From Candidatus Dadabacteria bacterium (lineage in GTDB: Bacteria; Desulfobacterota_D; UBA1144; Nemesobacterales; CSP1-2), in NCBI GenBank assembly GCA_040289575.1, contig PSLL01000007.1, positions 76,918 to 117,598 of the forward strand: DNA of 40,681 bases, written 5' to 3'. How positions within the stretch are numbered: position 1 is the first letter of the stretch; the number at the start of each line of letters is the position of its first letter. Under the pieces are notes generated by a model, which saw only the letters and a program-made list of their open reading frames with translations, was not told the DNA's origin and searched no databases. The translations under genes were made by a program, and so were the position numbers. Shown here in pieces: positions 38,177-40,681 of the stretch.

Positions 38177-39877
38177 ATGGCAAACACAAGTATACCAGCG
38201 GATTATAAGCCGCCTGTCACTCATGATGAGTTTATAACAGGTTTTACAGATAAGCCGGAGGATCGGATTAATATGGGGATTTTATTTGTCGGCGCGGGAC
38301 CGGCAAGCCTCGCGGGTGCGATTCGTCTGGCTCAACTCCTCGGCGAGGAGCCGGAATTAATGTCATCCCTTGGGGAGATTCCTATTGGGATAATTGAAAA
38401 GGGAAAATACCCTGGGGCGCATCTCCTCTCCGGCGCTGTGGTGAATCCCATTGCATTCCGTAAGCTCTTTCCAGACCTTAAAGGCAGCGAATTCCCATTC
38501 TTCGGTCCTGTAAAGAAGGAAACGGTATATTTCCTGACATCACGCGGTGCGCTTCCATTCCCTGTAACCCCTCCGACAATGCAGAATCATGGGAATTATG
38601 TTGCTTCCATTAGCAAGATGGGTGCGTGGCTTGCAGAGAAGGCCGAGGCCCTGGGTGTATTGATACTAAATGAGACCGCCGGTATGAAACTCATAGTGGA
38701 GGAGGGGATTGTAAAGGGCGTCCGAACAGGAGATAAGGGACTCGATAGAGAAGGCAATCCTATGGGGAGCTTTCAGCCGGGCTCCGATATTTCAGCAAAG
38801 GTCACAGTCCTTGGCGAGGGAACCCAGGGGCATCTGATGCAGGCATTAATAGAGCACTTTGGGATAAAGAGACCCAATCCGCAGGTCCATGCCCTTGGAG
38901 TGAAGGAAATATGGGAGGTATCGAAGCCGCTTGATAGGGTCATACACACAATGGGTTGGCCCCTACGCGGGGGGAAGAAATACAACGAATTCGGCGGGAG
39001 CTTTATATATCCTATGGGTGAGGATAAGGTATCTCTCGGTCTTGTTGTAGGACTCGACTATACTGATGCCTCTCTCTCTGTCCATGACCTTCTTCAGGAA
39101 TTAAAAACCCACCCCCTACTTAAAGAGATACTCAATGGCGGAAGGCGCGCAGACCGGGGTTGGGGGGCAAAGACAATCCCGGAAGGCGGATTCTATTCAC
39201 TCCCCGAGCGTTTTCATGTCCCGGGTGCTCTTATGATTGGGGACTGCGCAGGCTTTGTCAATGTTCCGGCTCTCAAAGGGATTCATTATGCCATGTGGTC
39301 TGGAATCCTGGCGGCTGAGACAATATTTGATGTCCTGAAATCCAAACGGGACCCACAGTCTCAGGGCGCTCTGGCTGGATACGGCATAGCCGTGAGGGAG
39401 AGTTTTATATGGAATGACCTCTATAAGGTAAGAAATATGCGTCAGGCGTTCCAGTATGGGTTTGTGCCCGGCACGATGCTTGCAGGGCTAATGACCGTGA
39501 CAAACGGCGCATTCCCCGGATGGAGATTCCGTGTGCATAGAGACAGCGAACATCCGATGTTCAAGGGAAATAAAACATATCCTAGGCCAGACAATAAATA
39601 CATATTCGATAAACTCACAAGCGTATACGCAAGTGGCAATAGGACACGGGACAATCAGCCAAGTCATCTGAGAGTGAGAACAGATGTGCCTGAGGTTATC
39701 GCTGAAACATGGGTCAATATGTGCCCGGCTCAGGTCTATGAACTGGTTGAGAAAGAGGGGCACAAACACCTCGAAGTCAATCCCACCAACTGCATCCATT
39801 GCGGCGCTATCACATCAAAGGGGGGTCGCCTAACCCCTCCCGAAGGCGGTGGTGGACCAGAATATACGGAGACGTAA
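38177..39877 (+). CDS. Electron-transfer flavoprotein:quinone oxidoreductase
   Basis: VGAGPASL, LSGAV, MQNHGNY, GVKEIW, GAKTIPEGG, GDCAGFVN..KGIHYAM, CPAQVY..NCIHC, PEGGGGPEY. Confidence 0.93.
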   Translation: MANTSIPADYKPPVTHDEFITGFTDKPEDRINMGILFVGAGPASLAGAIRLAQLLGEEPELMSSLGEIPIGIIEKGKYPGAHLLSGAVVNPIAFRKLFPDLKGSEFPFFGPVKKETVYFLTSRGALPFPVTPPTMQNHGNYVASISKMGAWLAEKAEALGVLILNETAGMKLIVEEGIVKGVRTGDKGLDREGNPMGSFQPGSDISAKVTVLGEGTQGHLMQALIEHFGIKRPNPQVHALGVKEIWEVSKPLDRVIHTMGWPLRGGKKYNEFGGSFIYPMGEDKVSLGLVVGLDYTDASLSVHDLLQELKTHPLLKEILNGGRRADRGWGAKTIPEGGFYSLPERFHVPGALMIGDCAGFVNVPALKGIHYAMWSGILAAETIFDVLKSKRDPQSQGALAGYGIAVRESFIWNDLYKVRNMRQAFQYGFVPGTMLAGLMTVTNGAFPGWRFRVHRDSEHPMFKGNKTYPRPDNKYIFDKLTSVYASGNRTRDNQPSHLRVRTDVPEVIAETWVNMCPAQVYELVEKEGHKHLEVNPTNCIHCGAITSKGGRLTPPEGGGGPEYTET

Positions 39878-40053
39878 GACTAGTAGATTACCTCTGCTAT
39901 ATTCAACATTGATTGAATAGAAGGGGTGTGTCTATGGAATGGGCAAAATCATTCTTTTTTAATGACAACCTGTTTTTCAAGGTGTTGAGAGTATTTTATT
40001 TGCATTATTTCTATAGTTAATGCCACTGAATTATCCATTTGTTTTCATAGTAC

Positions 40054-40082
40054 TTGACAAAATTAGTTCAGTGAAATATAAT
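40054..40082 (+). promoter_or_regulatory. Perfect-consensus sigma70 promoter of marR (probably leaderless)
   Basis: TTGACA-N17-TATAAT, ending 6 nt before ATG 40089. No SD. Confidence 0.8.
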
Positions 40083-40088
40083 TCAGGT

Positions 40089-40541
40089 ATGAACGAAAGT
40101 TGTGGAAAGGAATGTGGTAAAGAAATCGAAGGGAATGCGCTTTTGCTGAAAAGGCTCATGTATACAGCCTCACGCGTAGAGGCACGACTTGAGTCTGCAC
40201 TGGAGGATACCGGTCTTTCCCTTCCTAAGTTTGCAGTTCTCGATCGGTTAATAAGAATTGGTGAGCCTATTCCGCTTACACGCCTTGCCGCGCAGCTCGC
40301 GTGCGTTAAATCGAATGTTACACAGCTCGTCGACCGCCTTGAGGCGGATGGCCTTGTCGAGCGTAGAGATGACCCCGAAGACCGACGCAGCGTACTTGCC
40401 GCGATTACAGATAAGGGTCGGCGTCGTTATGAGATTGGAGGCGGGGCACTGACGGCGGCGGCAAAAGAGATACTCAAATCCTTTAATGAAGAGGAGAAGG
40501 AACTTTTGAATCGCCTACTGGCTAGATTCAACGGTGGCTGA
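40089..40541 (+). CDS. MarR-family transcriptional regulator
   Basis: GLSLPKFAVL..L, SNVTQLVDRLEADGLVER..DPEDRRSV...TDKG. Confidence 0.93.
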   Translation: MNESCGKECGKEIEGNALLLKRLMYTASRVEARLESALEDTGLSLPKFAVLDRLIRIGEPIPLTRLAAQLACVKSNVTQLVDRLEADGLVERRDDPEDRRSVLAAITDKGRRRYEIGGGALTAAAKEILKSFNEEEKELLNRLLARFNGG

Positions 40542-40628
40542 ATCTCAGGTTTTTTATCCTGAATGTTCAGTATTGAATAATCTATATACTGAATGATACA
40601 GATTTGAACTTATCAAAGGAGGCCACAA

Positions 40629-40681
40629 ATGTATAAATCAATTACAGATAACGTTGAGAAATTGGCGGTTGGGGATCGGCC
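40629..40681 (+). CDS. Start of a downstream gene (partial), possibly peroxiredoxin/redoxin-like
   Basis: AAGGAGG RBS, then MYKSITDNVEKLAVGDR running off the window. LxVGD resembles AhpC/TSA N-termini. Confidence 0.5.
   Translation, partial: MYKSITDNVEKLAVGDR

Noticed and set aside
1..40681. CRISPR array, rRNA, tRNA, prophage or recognisable defence system
   Set aside because: No repeat-spacer periodicity, cloverleaf, rRNA-like tract or phage/defence genes seen, apart from vapBC and the broken Uma2 gene.

Overview
Bacterial chromosomal segment (about 40-45% GC by eye) that spans the replication origin. dnaA-dnaN has DnaA-box clusters on both sides of dnaA and a Bacillus-type unwinding module (tandem boxes, GC motif, DnaA-trios, AT-rich tract) just before dnaN. 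Gene orientation switches from mostly minus to mostly plus around leuS/dnaA. Housekeeping genes: cca, partial F0 operon (atpZ/I-atpI-atpB-atpE) behind hemL, two DUF4398-Pal lipoproteins around cpoB, thrC, thiE, leuS, comF, gspL-M-N, pheA-hisC-tyrA, ETF-quinone oxidoreductase and marR. The gene set looks like a Gram-negative deltaproteobacteria-like lineage (possibly Dadabacteria; inference only). Accessory DNA is eroded: a decayed IS481, broken ada, SDR, DUF3943 and Uma2 genes, a REC-PAS/NarL deletion junction and a remnant patch near 19.8-20.1 kb. There are also dispersed GTAG-type REP-like palindromes and heptamer-repeat hairpins. The most intriguing signal is a DnaA N-terminal extension of about 47 aa starting MAKKVTLGRNLRSLF, which resembles the ParA-activating N-terminal peptide of ParB. 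No CRISPR array, rRNA or tRNA was seen.
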